Virus record (IMG/VR): IMGVR_UViG_3300037590_000079
Coordinates: 32,001 to 96,000 of that record
Origin: a virus
Lineage: Duplodnaviria > Caudoviricetes
Reading direction: 5' to 3' (one strand)
Length of the DNA: 64,000 nucleotides
Positions within the stretch are counted from its first letter, which is position 1. Every line of letters begins with the position of its first letter. Positions 54,734 to 63,565 of the stretch are shown piece after piece. The position numbers and the translations under genes are program-made. A model generated the notes under the pieces. That model was not told the DNA's origin. It made no database searches and saw only the letters and a program-made list of their open reading frames with translations.

Positions 54734-55161
54734 GCGTCACGATCTACCCCGCCTCGGTGCAGGATCATCACATGGTGGATGGGCAGCTGATGCCCGTCTA
54801 CGGCCCCGTCGTGGATTTCGACAGCATGGAGATGTTCGTTCTCAAGGACATGCCCGACGATCAGCTCCAGGAGGTCGAGGATCCGTTCCGGATCAACGAG
54901 AAATTCGTGCCCGGCGCCGGTATCCACATGAGTTCGGGCAACGTCTGGAGCCTGTTCAAGAGCCTCGGCCTCGATCCGAGCGAGAACCGGTTCGACGTCG
55001 AGACCGTCTACTGCGCCATCGAGGAGTTCGGGCACGCCACGATCAAAGCCGCCCGGTCGATCGACGAGGCGCTCTACCTGGCCGACCGCATCAGCTCCTT
55101 GCGCGCCATGATTCACCTCGCGCGCAAGCACAACGCCACCGCCATCGTCATCGCTGGCTGA
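54730..55161 (+). CDS. Hypothetical protein
   Basis: ATGA coupling. Confidence 0.7.
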   Translation: MSVTIYPASVQDHHMVDGQLMPVYGPVVDFDSMEMFVLKDMPDDQLQEVEDPFRINEKFVPGAGIHMSSGNVWSLFKSLGLDPSENRFDVETVYCAIEEFGHATIKAARSIDEALYLADRISSLRAMIHLARKHNATAIVIAG

Positions 55162-55173
55162 AAGGAGAAAGCC

Positions 55174-55803
55174 ATGTTCATCGAATGCACCTTCGTGCCC
55201 CAAGCCTGGATCAGGGACAACGCCGTGTCGGTCGATCCCGAAGGACCGACCAGATGGTTCATACCGATGGCCGAGGTCACGCAACTGACCGGCGTCACCG
55301 ACATGAACAAGATGGACGACGATCCGTTCGCCCGTGACGAACTGCGCCGGTCCAGGCACGCGCCGCAGTGGATCAAGGACTGGAGCGGTCCGTTCGAGAT
55401 CGAATGGGTGATCAAAAACGGATTCAGCCTGCGCGAGACCTTTCGCACCGATCAGGATCACAAGAGATATGACAACGAACCGTTCAAGATCATCGGCATG
55501 TGGGTGGATCCGGACGTTGGCGGAGATCATCCTGAACCGCGCTTCGTGATCCAGTTCGCCGACGGCGCGATCCACGATCAAGTCAACCCGGAGTGCATTT
55601 TCGAGGGTTTCGATGAACCGTTCGACCGCTGGTGCGAAACGACGAGCGAGCCCTGCATCGAGAAGATGAAGGAGGATATCGTCAGCGACTGGTTCGACAC
55701 CTGCATGCAGGATCGCGACTTCCTGAACGGCATTCTCCAGCAATACGTCGAGACCTACAGCGACGAGGATATCCGTCGCTCCCACCGCGACGCCTTTCAG
55801 TGA
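55174..55803 (+). CDS. Hypothetical (mosaic) protein
   Basis: AAGGAG RBS. Confidence 0.7.
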   Translation: MFIECTFVPQAWIRDNAVSVDPEGPTRWFIPMAEVTQLTGVTDMNKMDDDPFARDELRRSRHAPQWIKDWSGPFEIEWVIKNGFSLRETFRTDQDHKRYDNEPFKIIGMWVDPDVGGDHPEPRFVIQFADGAIHDQVNPECIFEGFDEPFDRWCETTSEPCIEKMKEDIVSDWFDTCMQDRDFLNGILQQYVETYSDEDIRRSHRDAFQ

Positions 55804-55814
55804 AGGAGAAAACC

Positions 55815-56222
55815 ATGACACGCCAAGAGGCATTCAACGCCACCGCCCGCCATCTGCTCACCACGCGCAGCCCGAGCGGCTACATGGTGGGCGACCACTT
55901 CCTGTGCGTCTACTCGGGTTCGGGCTGCGCATTGCGGCCGTTCATCCCCGACACGCCGACGGCCCTAGACTGGGACTGCATCGGTGCGATCGCGGACATG
56001 CGCGCGATGAACGATACGCCCGCCACCGTGCCCGACTTCATCAGCGAGGACTGGGATTTCTTCGAGAGCCTCCAGGACGCGCATGACAAGCCCGCCATGA
56101 AAGTCAATGGCGACGCAGCCAAGTGGCTGCCGAAATGGAAAGACGCGATGCGCGCGGTCGCGCAGAAATACCGCCTCGACCCCTCGATCCTCGACGAAAG
56201 CGAAACGGAGACGCACGCATGA
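55815..56222 (+). CDS. Hypothetical protein, probable paralog of 57356..57976
   Basis: QE.F.....LL, C.Y, CA...IPD, Q.AHD, MR..A..Y.L. Confidence 0.7.
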   Translation: MTRQEAFNATARHLLTTRSPSGYMVGDHFLCVYSGSGCALRPFIPDTPTALDWDCIGAIADMRAMNDTPATVPDFISEDWDFFESLQDAHDKPAMKVNGDAAKWLPKWKDAMRAVAQKYRLDPSILDESETETHA

Positions 56223-56629
56223 CACCCTATCTCGAAGTCCGCGGAGGCAACATCGAAATCAGCGACCTGAACGATCCGCTGATCAAGCTGCTCGCCAAAT
56301 GCGGCACCGCCGAAGAAGCCGCCGAGTGGCTCTACACGAACCGGCACATGACCTGGATGAACAGCTCCTCGATGGACTTCTCCGACGAATACGGCTGGCC
56401 CACCGACAACGCACGCGGCGACGTGATCGAGGCACTGGAAAGGCGCCGCACGCGCGATCACGTCTGCAAGGTCTGCAAGACCTGCGGCTCCGAGGATGTC
56501 TGGATCGACGCCAATGCCGAATGGGATGTCGAGGAGCAGTGCTGGGATCTCAAGAGCACTTTCGACGCCGCGTGGTGCGATACCTGCGGCGGCGAAACCA
56601 CGATCATCGACAAGAGGAGGGATAAATGA
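56219..56629 (+). CDS. Hypothetical Zn-ribbon protein
   Basis: C.TCGSEDV..DA.A.WD...Q.W; WCDTC. Confidence 0.7.
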   Translation: MTPYLEVRGGNIEISDLNDPLIKLLAKCGTAEEAAEWLYTNRHMTWMNSSSMDFSDEYGWPTDNARGDVIEALERRRTRDHVCKVCKTCGSEDVWIDANAEWDVEEQCWDLKSTFDAAWCDTCGGETTIIDKRRDK

Positions 56630-56850
56630 GCAAAATCTGCAACCTCGGCGACCGGATCCGGCTCACGCATATGGGTGAAGACCCCGATCCGATCCCTGTC
56701 GGCGCCACCGGCACCGTAACCAGTATCACCGATATGCGCACCTGGGTCCAGATCGGTGTCAAGTGGGATATCAACCGCTCGCTGTATCTCTCCTGGCCCA
56801 CCGATCGCTTCGAAATCATCGAGCGGGCGGACGATCCCGCCCGCTCTTGA
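56626..56850 (+). CDS. DUF4314-like protein
   Basis: GDRIRL..M..DP.PIP.G..GTV..I; QI.V.WD..RSL. Confidence 0.7.
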   Translation: MSKICNLGDRIRLTHMGEDPDPIPVGATGTVTSITDMRTWVQIGVKWDINRSLYLSWPTDRFEIIERADDPARS

Positions 56851-56882
56851 CCGTCACGATCCGCACGTAATCCGTCGTCGCA

Positions 56883-56904
56883 TCTGCTATAAATAAGCAC
56901 TGAC
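56883..56904 (+). promoter_or_regulatory. Extended -10 + operator
   Basis: TCTGCTATAAATAAGCACTGAC. Confidence 0.7.
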
Positions 56905-56931
56905 ACAAGCGCAAAACGGGAGACGCACAAA

Positions 56932-57321
56932 ATGGACCTCAAGCAAGTCGCCGTCGAATTCATCGAGAAAGACCACGCGCGGAACACGCAAACACCGAAG
57001 ATCCGAGTGATCTATTTCGTGACGGAACAGGAGATCTCGGCAGACTATGGCAGCCCCTGCTGGCGCGTCGAGAACATCATCGAATTCGAAGCCGCCGAGA
57101 TCGAGCGGGTGATCGAATACATGCGCGCCCTGGAGAAATCGGGACGCTGCTCGGCCGCGACGATCTTTCAGGACATCATCATTGCGCGGAACACCGCGCG
57201 GGGCGCACGCGTCACAATCGAGCGCTGCGGCGACAACTCGCCGATGCACGACGCCGCGCCGGTGCTCGCCGCCATGCACGCCCAGTGGCTGCGCGACATG
57301 CTCGAAACCGCGAAAGCGTAA
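56932..57321 (+). CDS. Hypothetical protein
   Basis: Promoter/operator, GGAG RBS. Confidence 0.7.
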   Translation: MDLKQVAVEFIEKDHARNTQTPKIRVIYFVTEQEISADYGSPCWRVENIIEFEAAEIERVIEYMRALEKSGRCSAATIFQDIIIARNTARGARVTIERCGDNSPMHDAAPVLAAMHAQWLRDMLETAKA

Positions 57322-57355
57322 CCCGCCACCTCGCGAGAAACGAAAGGATCACGTC

Positions 57356-57976
57356 ATGCAGAAGACCTACCAGGAAGTTTTCGATTTCGTCGTCGAGAGG
57401 CTGCTCCAGCAGGGCAAGCGCGCCATGCGGAAATCCGGCGGCGAAACGCTCTGCGCCCTGCGCGGCGAAGGAAACACCAAGTGCGCCATCGGCCATCTCA
57501 TTCCCGACGAGGACTACACCGCGGAGCTGGAAGATTTCAGCACCATTCATAACATCGAAGGTGAAAACTCGCTTAGCCGCGGCATGAGAAAAGTCCTGGA
57601 AAAGAACCTCGGCGAGATCACCGAGGAAGATGCGATCTTCCTGCATGAGTTCCAGTTCGCACATGATGTGCAGGAAGAAGGACGTAGTCTCCGCGAGACA
57701 ATGCGCCTTTTCGCGAAAGCCTACAATCTCGACACCAAGGTGCTCGACACCAATCCCGGAAAGGAACAGCACATGATCATCATCGGCACAGAACAGACGC
57801 CTACCACCGAATACCCCGCACAGATCGTGGAAGCGGCCAAGCTGGTCGTCACGGCGAACACCCAGGGCGGCTACGATATTCTCAAGGACGAGCTGGGCGT
57901 CATGCAGCACATCAACGACACCTGCGGCGCCATCGACATGCTCGACCTCAAGCGCAATATCGGCGTCTACCTCTGA
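57356..57976 (+). CDS. Hypothetical protein
   Basis: QEVFD.V...LL.QG..A; C..R....KCAIG.LIPDE.Y; Q.AHD. Confidence 0.7.
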   Translation: MQKTYQEVFDFVVERLLQQGKRAMRKSGGETLCALRGEGNTKCAIGHLIPDEDYTAELEDFSTIHNIEGENSLSRGMRKVLEKNLGEITEEDAIFLHEFQFAHDVQEEGRSLRETMRLFAKAYNLDTKVLDTNPGKEQHMIIIGTEQTPTTEYPAQIVEAAKLVVTANTQGGYDILKDELGVMQHINDTCGAIDMLDLKRNIGVYL

Positions 57977-58002
57977 CACCACAATTCACGCACGAAACGG
58001 AC

Positions 58003-58030
58003 AAAGCCGGTGCATCAGCATCGGCTTTTC
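58003..58030 (+). terminator. Terminator ending the small-gene array
   Basis: AAAGCCGGTGC-loop-GCATCGGCTTTT. Confidence 0.55.
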
Positions 58031-58094
58031 CACGTCTGCACACCGCACGGGATCAACCGATAACGACGCCCCTTGCACGTTTCCACGGGTTTCC

Positions 58095-58213
58095 GAATGT
58101 AAACATTCACACTCATCCATGTTCACATTTTCCGCGAAATCTCCGTAAAATAAGAGGATCGAATGTTTGCATCTTCCGAAAACCAGGATGGCAAATGTTC
58201 CGGATGTAAACAT
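58095..58213. repeat. Phased quasi-palindromic 10-mers ATGT-NN-(A/G)CAT
   Basis: ATGTAAACAT 58097, ATGTTCACAT 58119, ATGTTTGCAT 58163, ATGTAAACAT 58204. Confidence 0.7.
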
Positions 58214-59015
58214 GCAGATCGAGGAAAATCAGGAACTTAGCCTCCCGGCACACCCGAAAAACAGCCTTTTTAGGTGTAACACGTAAGAGAACAGGACAGA
58301 AGCGGATACCTGAAAACCGTCAGAAGCGCTGAGAAGCGCACACAGTGCGCCTAAGCACTCACGACGAGCACCGACAGCTTAAAAGAGTCGGACAGCATCA
58401 GGTGAAGCGCACAGCGAGCCCCAGACGCATAGACACCTGCTGGGCAGCACGCACAGACGCGCCGACAGCGTAAAAGCAGCACGGGAACGCGTAGAGACGA
58501 CACAGAGCCGGAAGAGGTGCGTGAGAAGATAGGAGATGCAGAGACGCACAGAGAGGTCGAGCGACAGAGAGCCGAGAGAGAAAGCGTTAAGAAGAGGGTA
58601 AGAGGAGAAGAGGGGAGGATCATTATAGGAGGATTGGGTGAGACCACACTTCCCCGCAACACACCGCACCGCCCCGGATCTCCCGAACTCCTCAAGACGC
58701 CGTCCGAAGCCGCGGCACACCGACACGAAGCGTGCGAAACCAGACGACACCCTCGCTCTGCTGTGCTACTGTGCTAGTGAGAGACAACGCGTGTCCGGAC
58801 GCGTTCGTGCTGAAAGGCACACTGTTTTGCGTTGCGCATCACGAGACCGGACCGGATGATGCTAACTCCAGGAGCGTGAGCACCGTCTCACGCTCCTTTT
58901 TCTTTCGCCTGACCTGTGCCGGAGAATGTGTCGCGGAAATGGGAGCTTTGGTGCATCATTAAGAACTTATCTAAAGAAGGTATCTAAGAGTATTATATAT
59001 AAAGATACAGCGCGG

Positions 59016-59172
59016 CTCGGGAAAAGGGAGTTTTCAGACCTCTTCCGGAAAGCCACAAAACGCACGAAAACCCTGTAAAATCAGCGTCTAAACACCTCTC
59101 CCGGCCAAGTCCTCACTGCCGGACCAGGATTCCGATCGCCGTGCTTCCTCGGGAAAAGGGAGCTTTCAGACC
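59016..59172 (+). repeat. 25-bp direct repeat (24/25 identical) next to an AT-rich tract
   Basis: CTCGGGAAAAGGGAG(T/C)TTTCAGACC at 59016 and 59148; partial copy near 58935. Confidence 0.8.
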
Positions 59173-59209
59173 CCGCGGCGCTGAAAGCCGCGCCACTCAT
59201 TTCCTTGAA

Positions 59210-59222
59210 AATCAAGGACTTG
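59210..59222 (+). promoter_or_regulatory. IHF-consensus site (second match at 58227-58239)
   Basis: AATCAAGGACTTG matches WATCAANNNNTTR; AATCAGGAACTTA matches WATCARNNNNTTR. Confidence 0.5.
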
Positions 59223-59670
59223 AAGATGATCCGCCCCTAATAGGAGCTCAAGCGTCCGGTCCTGGCCGGGTTAGGAATGGCTGGGTATACACGCAAAGGC
59301 ATTTGCGGGTGTGGCGCGCTCCAGACCCTGAGCCACACCCCTCGGTATACCGAGACCCGCCGGTATACCGAGGATCTCCCGCGGCACGGATGTGAGCCCG
59401 GAGGGACGGCAAGGCACAGAGAGGCATCCGGAGGGATCGCTGGCCCGGCAAAAGCGGTGCGGATTGCCACGGCTCGCCCTCCCGGTGCAAATCCTGACGC
59501 CCTGCCCTCTTTCCGCTCGATTTCGACGCACCCGACGGATCGGCTCGTCCCGCGCGCTCCCTGTCCGATGCCGATCGATGCCTGCCGCTATCCTTCGCAG
59601 CGTGTCGTATTGTGCAAGTGTGATCGCGACAAGCGCGACACGCGAAAGCAAAGCAGAAAGGAAATGTCAC

Positions 59671-60309
59671 ATGGCACAGAACGACAAAGTCACCGAAAAG
59701 ACCTTCGCGGAGATCATCGCAGATGTGAGCGCCGGCCGCACCAAGAAGCGGATCAGCGATTTCGAGACCGCCTTCGACGCGCGCATGGCGCACGAGACGC
59801 AGAAGGCCGCCGGCAACACCTCGATCCAGAAGGTGCTGAAGGCCGAGAAGGCGAAGCTGACCACGCCCGCCCTTGCCGCGCTGAGCCTCGCCGCCGAGAT
59901 GAGCCCGGACTTCGTCAACCGCGTCAGCCGAGGCGACGCCCGTTTCAACGTCTACGCCATCAAGAAGATCACGGACCTGATGAACGGTCTCAACGGCCAG
60001 GCCATGCGGAACGCGATCAACATCGCCATCATCAAGTCGATGCTGGCCTGCGAGAAGGCGGGCGTGCCCTTCACCGGCCAGATCGCGCAGGCCGCGGTCT
60101 CCGACAAGCTGCCGCTCAAGAAGGAACTCGACGCGATCATGACGCGGCACAATGTCGGTGCGAGCACGGCACCGACGCAGGCGTCCTCGACGATGAACGC
60201 CCTGATGATGACCGGCGTGGCGCGCAACACGGGCACGACGCGCAACCCGGTCTACGAACTCAAGGCGACGCCGCAGACCGAGGTGCTGCGCACGATGTTC
60301 GCCGCGTAA
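59671..60309 (+). CDS. Putative winged-helix DNA-binding protein
   Basis: AAAGGA RBS; STAPTQ....M.AL...GV motif shared with 12013 and 41904. Confidence 0.75.
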   Translation: MAQNDKVTEKTFAEIIADVSAGRTKKRISDFETAFDARMAHETQKAAGNTSIQKVLKAEKAKLTTPALAALSLAAEMSPDFVNRVSRGDARFNVYAIKKITDLMNGLNGQAMRNAINIAIIKSMLACEKAGVPFTGQIAQAAVSDKLPLKKELDAIMTRHNVGASTAPTQASSTMNALMMTGVARNTGTTRNPVYELKATPQTEVLRTMFAA

Positions 60310-60814
60310 CACCGCAGAGACGCTGAGCGAGCCCGTGAGTGCGTTCGGGCTCACTCAGCACCCTGACACCGAAAAAGCGCTCAGGCGCACTCAGTGAAGC
60401 GCACAGCGCCTCTCAGGCACAACAAGGGAGACACCCGTCCATGACCTGGCCCTAGCGAGACACCGATGATCAGCGCCACAGACACACGCGCACCAGGCAC
60501 GACCTGAATTGAAGCCCACCGGGCGACAGGGGAGCACGAGACGTCTGACACCGTCCGCTCCCCTTTTTCGCGTCTGTGCGTGTGCCGCGGGCTGCCGCGG
60601 GACTGGTTGATCCGGGGAATGGATAGGGTGACAGGGACACGCCGGGAGGCGCGTATGGCAACAATCTTTCGTTCGTCTCCGAGGAGCTGGCAACTTTTGC
60701 AAAGCGGCGTGCCCAAGGTGCGGCGGCTCCCTGCACGCGCCTTCAGAGCCCTGCCGCATCCCGGCTGCGCGCTTGCTACTGTGAAGATACGCAACGCAAG
60801 ACGGAGAAAGCGAC

Positions 60815-61102
60815 ATGATGGATTATCACGAGGCGGCAGCGCAGTGGGAGCAGCTTTGCGAAGGCAGCGAGCTGCTCCGGATCTATATCGAGAACGTCGA
60901 GGTGCGCGAGGATCGCATCGTCTACAATTTCGACGGGCACATGAAGTGCGTGCTGTTCTGGAACACGGAGATCGGCAAGTGGGTCGAGCGCGGCGACGTG
61001 CGCGGCGACGAGGATCTGGTGACGATCGAGCGCGGCATTATCGCGAACACGCTGATCGAGGTGCGCGACAGGCTTGAGGAGGAGCTGCGCGACCCGCTCT
61101 GA
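60815..61102 (+). CDS. Hypothetical protein
   Basis: TGCTAC promoter, GGAG RBS. Confidence 0.7.
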   Translation: MMDYHEAAAQWEQLCEGSELLRIYIENVEVREDRIVYNFDGHMKCVLFWNTEIGKWVERGDVRGDEDLVTIERGIIANTLIEVRDRLEEELRDPL

Positions 61103-61343
61103 GAGCGCTCTGAAGGCGGGGCCGGGAATGGCATCGTCTTCAGGGACCGGCCGATCCGGGAATGGCTGGCTCCGGGCGTGTGGATGGCAGGATGGACGGG
61201 TATACCGATCCGCGGTCAATTGCGGGGCGCCGGATCCCTGCCCGGCCCTGCACCGACCGTCGCGTGCCTGGCGTCACCGCGCGCAAACCGCATCTCGCTC
61301 TGCTATGTGTGAGACACGCAACACGAAGCAGAAAGAGAGAACC

Positions 61344-61736
61344 ATGCAGATCGCAGAACCGCAGAACCTCGAACTCAAGACCTATCTCAAGAACCTGTTC
61401 GATCTGACCGAAGATGATGCGCGCGAGATCGCGCTCGACCTCGAACAGGTCATGCGCGGTGATACCGAGAGCACCCGGTATTTCGAGACGAAGAAACCGC
61501 AGCATACGGTTCGTATCAGTGACGAACTCGCACAGCGCATCGCGAACCATGTCGCAGACCTGCTCGACCGCGAGCTGCCCACTTCCATCGAGATCCCGGC
61601 CACTGACCGCGGTGTCATTCTCGACCGCGTGTCGCAGAGTTGCCGCGCGCACCTCGAAACCCACTGGGCGAAAGACGCGAGTGCGACCTTCTGCGACGCA
61701 CCTGACGACCACGACATACCGTCGCGCACCGCGTGA
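61344..61736 (+). CDS. Hypothetical protein
   Basis: TGCTAT promoter; leader GCAGAAAGAGAGAACCATG. Confidence 0.7.
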   Translation: MQIAEPQNLELKTYLKNLFDLTEDDAREIALDLEQVMRGDTESTRYFETKKPQHTVRISDELAQRIANHVADLLDRELPTSIEIPATDRGVILDRVSQSCRAHLETHWAKDASATFCDAPDDHDIPSRTA

Positions 61737-61811
61737 AAACCTGATCGAGACGTGTCAGTGTAGCAATGTGTCTACACTGACACGCAACGCAGAACCTGAA
61801 AGGAACTCATC

Positions 61812-62135
61812 ATGACCGCAGAACGTCAACTCGAAACGATCCTCGATGGCCTCAAGCCGCTCGACGCCGAAAAGGCGCTCGACGGCGATCTCAGCGAGCG
61901 CTTCTCGGCCGTCGTCGGCCAGACCTTCTTGATCGACGTGATCCTCGTCGATACCGAGCACTACCCGGACGTGTCCGTGGTTCTCGATATCTATCGTCGT
62001 GAAGGCACGCACAACATTCACGACGACTTCCGCGGTCTGAGCGATCACGTCGGCCTCTACGCGGTCCGGTCGCTGCACGACGCCGTCATGCGCATCGCGT
62101 CCGCGGTCGTCGTTCACGAAGATACCGTGATCTGA
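61812..62135 (+). CDS. Hypothetical protein
   Basis: AAAGGA RBS. Confidence 0.7.
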   Translation: MTAERQLETILDGLKPLDAEKALDGDLSERFSAVVGQTFLIDVILVDTEHYPDVSVVLDIYRREGTHNIHDDFRGLSDHVGLYAVRSLHDAVMRIASAVVVHEDTVI

Positions 62136-62204
62136 GCGCCGCGAACGACCTGTGTGCGCCGCGGCGCACACAGGCATCAGCAAGGCAGACAGAAAGAGAT
62201 AGCT

Positions 62205-62390
62205 ATGACCGACATCAACCGCATGAAAACCGGCCAGCGCGTCAAGATCGATCACCCCTTCTACGGCCAGCGCGTCGTCACGATCGAGGATTTCGACGGC
62301 CCCAAGGGCAGCACCGTGAACGATACCGGCCTTTGCACGATCGACGGCGCGCGCGTATGGTTCGATCAGGACATGATCGTCAGCGCCTGA
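62205..62390 (+). CDS. Hypothetical protein
   Basis: Shared leader GCAGACAGAAAGAGA. Confidence 0.65.
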   Translation: MTDINRMKTGQRVKIDHPFYGQRVVTIEDFDGPKGSTVNDTGLCTIDGARVWFDQDMIVSA

Positions 62391-62395
62391 TGCGC

Positions 62396-63011
62396 ACCAA
62401 GGGCGAGCAAGGCGCTCGCCCTTGGGACCGACGGGCCTGCACGCGCCGTCACATACCTGCCGAAAACCTCGAAACGCGTCGCTATTCTGACTGCACTCGC
62501 AACGCAGACAGAAAGAGAGAACCATGCTTTACGTGACCGAGAAAGACCTGCTTCACATCAAGAACGAAGACCTGCACGGTCCTGTCGTCGAGTGCCTCGG
62601 CCTCTTCGACGCTGTTCAGCGTCTGTGCAAGTCGCGCCTCACGAACGACGACCGCATCATGCTCTGGAGCCTTCACGACGCCTATGTCGATCACGAGCAG
62701 CGCGACGCCGTCTCGCGCCATGAGGCGCTGCTGATCATCGAGAGCATGATGCGCCTCATGCCTGTGACGGTCTTGCGCGAGCACAACAACGCGCTCGAAT
62801 ATCTGCACCTCGGCCTCGACGAGGCGCAGTCGCACGACGCGATCAACGGTTTTGTGTGGTGCAGCACGTATCTGCCTTTCGACAAGAGCGCGCCGTGCGC
62901 GACCTGCATCGCAGACGAGAGCGCCTTTCCGGAACTGATCGCGATGATCGAGGGCGCGCTCAACATCGAGTGACGAGAACCGAGGGCGAGCAAGGCGCTC
63001 GCCCTCGGGAC
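62396..63011 (+). repeat. Two copies of a 3'-UTR hairpin with a compensatory base pair
   Basis: ACC(A/G)AGGGCGAGC-AAGGC-GCTCGCCCT(T/C)GGGAC at 62396 and 62979. Confidence 0.8.
62524..62973 (+). CDS. Hypothetical protein
   Basis: Shared leader GCAGACAGAAAGAGAGAACCATG. Confidence 0.7.
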   Translation: MLYVTEKDLLHIKNEDLHGPVVECLGLFDAVQRLCKSRLTNDDRIMLWSLHDAYVDHEQRDAVSRHEALLIIESMMRLMPVTVLREHNNALEYLHLGLDEAQSHDAINGFVWCSTYLPFDKSAPCATCIADESAFPELIAMIEGALNIE

Positions 63012-63110
63012 GCGCCGGTGCGGGGCCACGGAAACGAATGGCCGCGCAGGGAGAGGTTCTGCAAGGGCTCTGACGGGCCGCGCGTCCCGCGGGCAGCCCT
63101 CCCGGCACGC

Positions 63111-63141
63111 AAGAAAAAGGGCGTGCGTCACGCACGCCCTT
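63111..63141 (-). terminator. Terminator for the minus-strand genes (convergent boundary)
   Basis: AAGGGCGTGCG-TCA-CGCACGCCCTT with a T-tract on the minus strand. Confidence 0.7.
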
Positions 63142-63151
63142 CTCGTCTCGC

Positions 63152-63505
63152 TTACGCGACCTCGGGCACGAGCGCGCGCTGACGTGCCTTCTCGCGCCGC
63201 CGGCGCCACACCTTCGCCCAGTAGCGCCCTTTGCGCGCCTTCATCTTCTCGCGCATCGCGATGCGCAGATCGTGCCGCTTCGCGCTGATATAGGCGCAGG
63301 CCGCTTCCACCTGGTCGTCGTGCAGCCCCGCTTCCTCGAAGAGCCGCTCGATGCGCGCTTCGAGCGACCGCGCGCTCGCAGCGCACGCATCGCGCGCCTT
63401 GTCGCTCACGCTCTGCGAGCCCCTTTCGATGCCGCGCAGATCGCGTTCCTCACGCGCGATCTTGTCGAGAATGACACGCTGCCGGATTTCGAAGTCGGTT
63501 TTCAT
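63152..63505 (-). CDS. Basic hypothetical protein
   Basis: AAAGGA RBS on the minus strand. Confidence 0.65.
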   Translation of the reverse strand: MKTDFEIRQRVILDKIAREERDLRGIERGSQSVSDKARDACAASARSLEARIERLFEEAGLHDDQVEAACAYISAKRHDLRIAMREKMKARKGRYWAKVWRRRREKARQRALVPEVA

Positions 63506-63565
63506 AGCAAGTTCCTTTCTCTGCTTTGCTTGCATCTTTAGCTTTGCAGCTATCTGAGCGGATAG

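Noticed and set aside
59339-59374. Protelomerase (telRL) site
   Set aside because: Palindromes are only 10-14 bp, much shorter than typical tel sites, and no protelomerase is seen.
58351-59651. ORFs listed in 58.3-59.6 kb and the alternative frame 59277..60326
   Set aside because: Low-complexity translations without RBS or phage-like codon usage; the region is better explained as non-coding, with the real gene starting at 59671.
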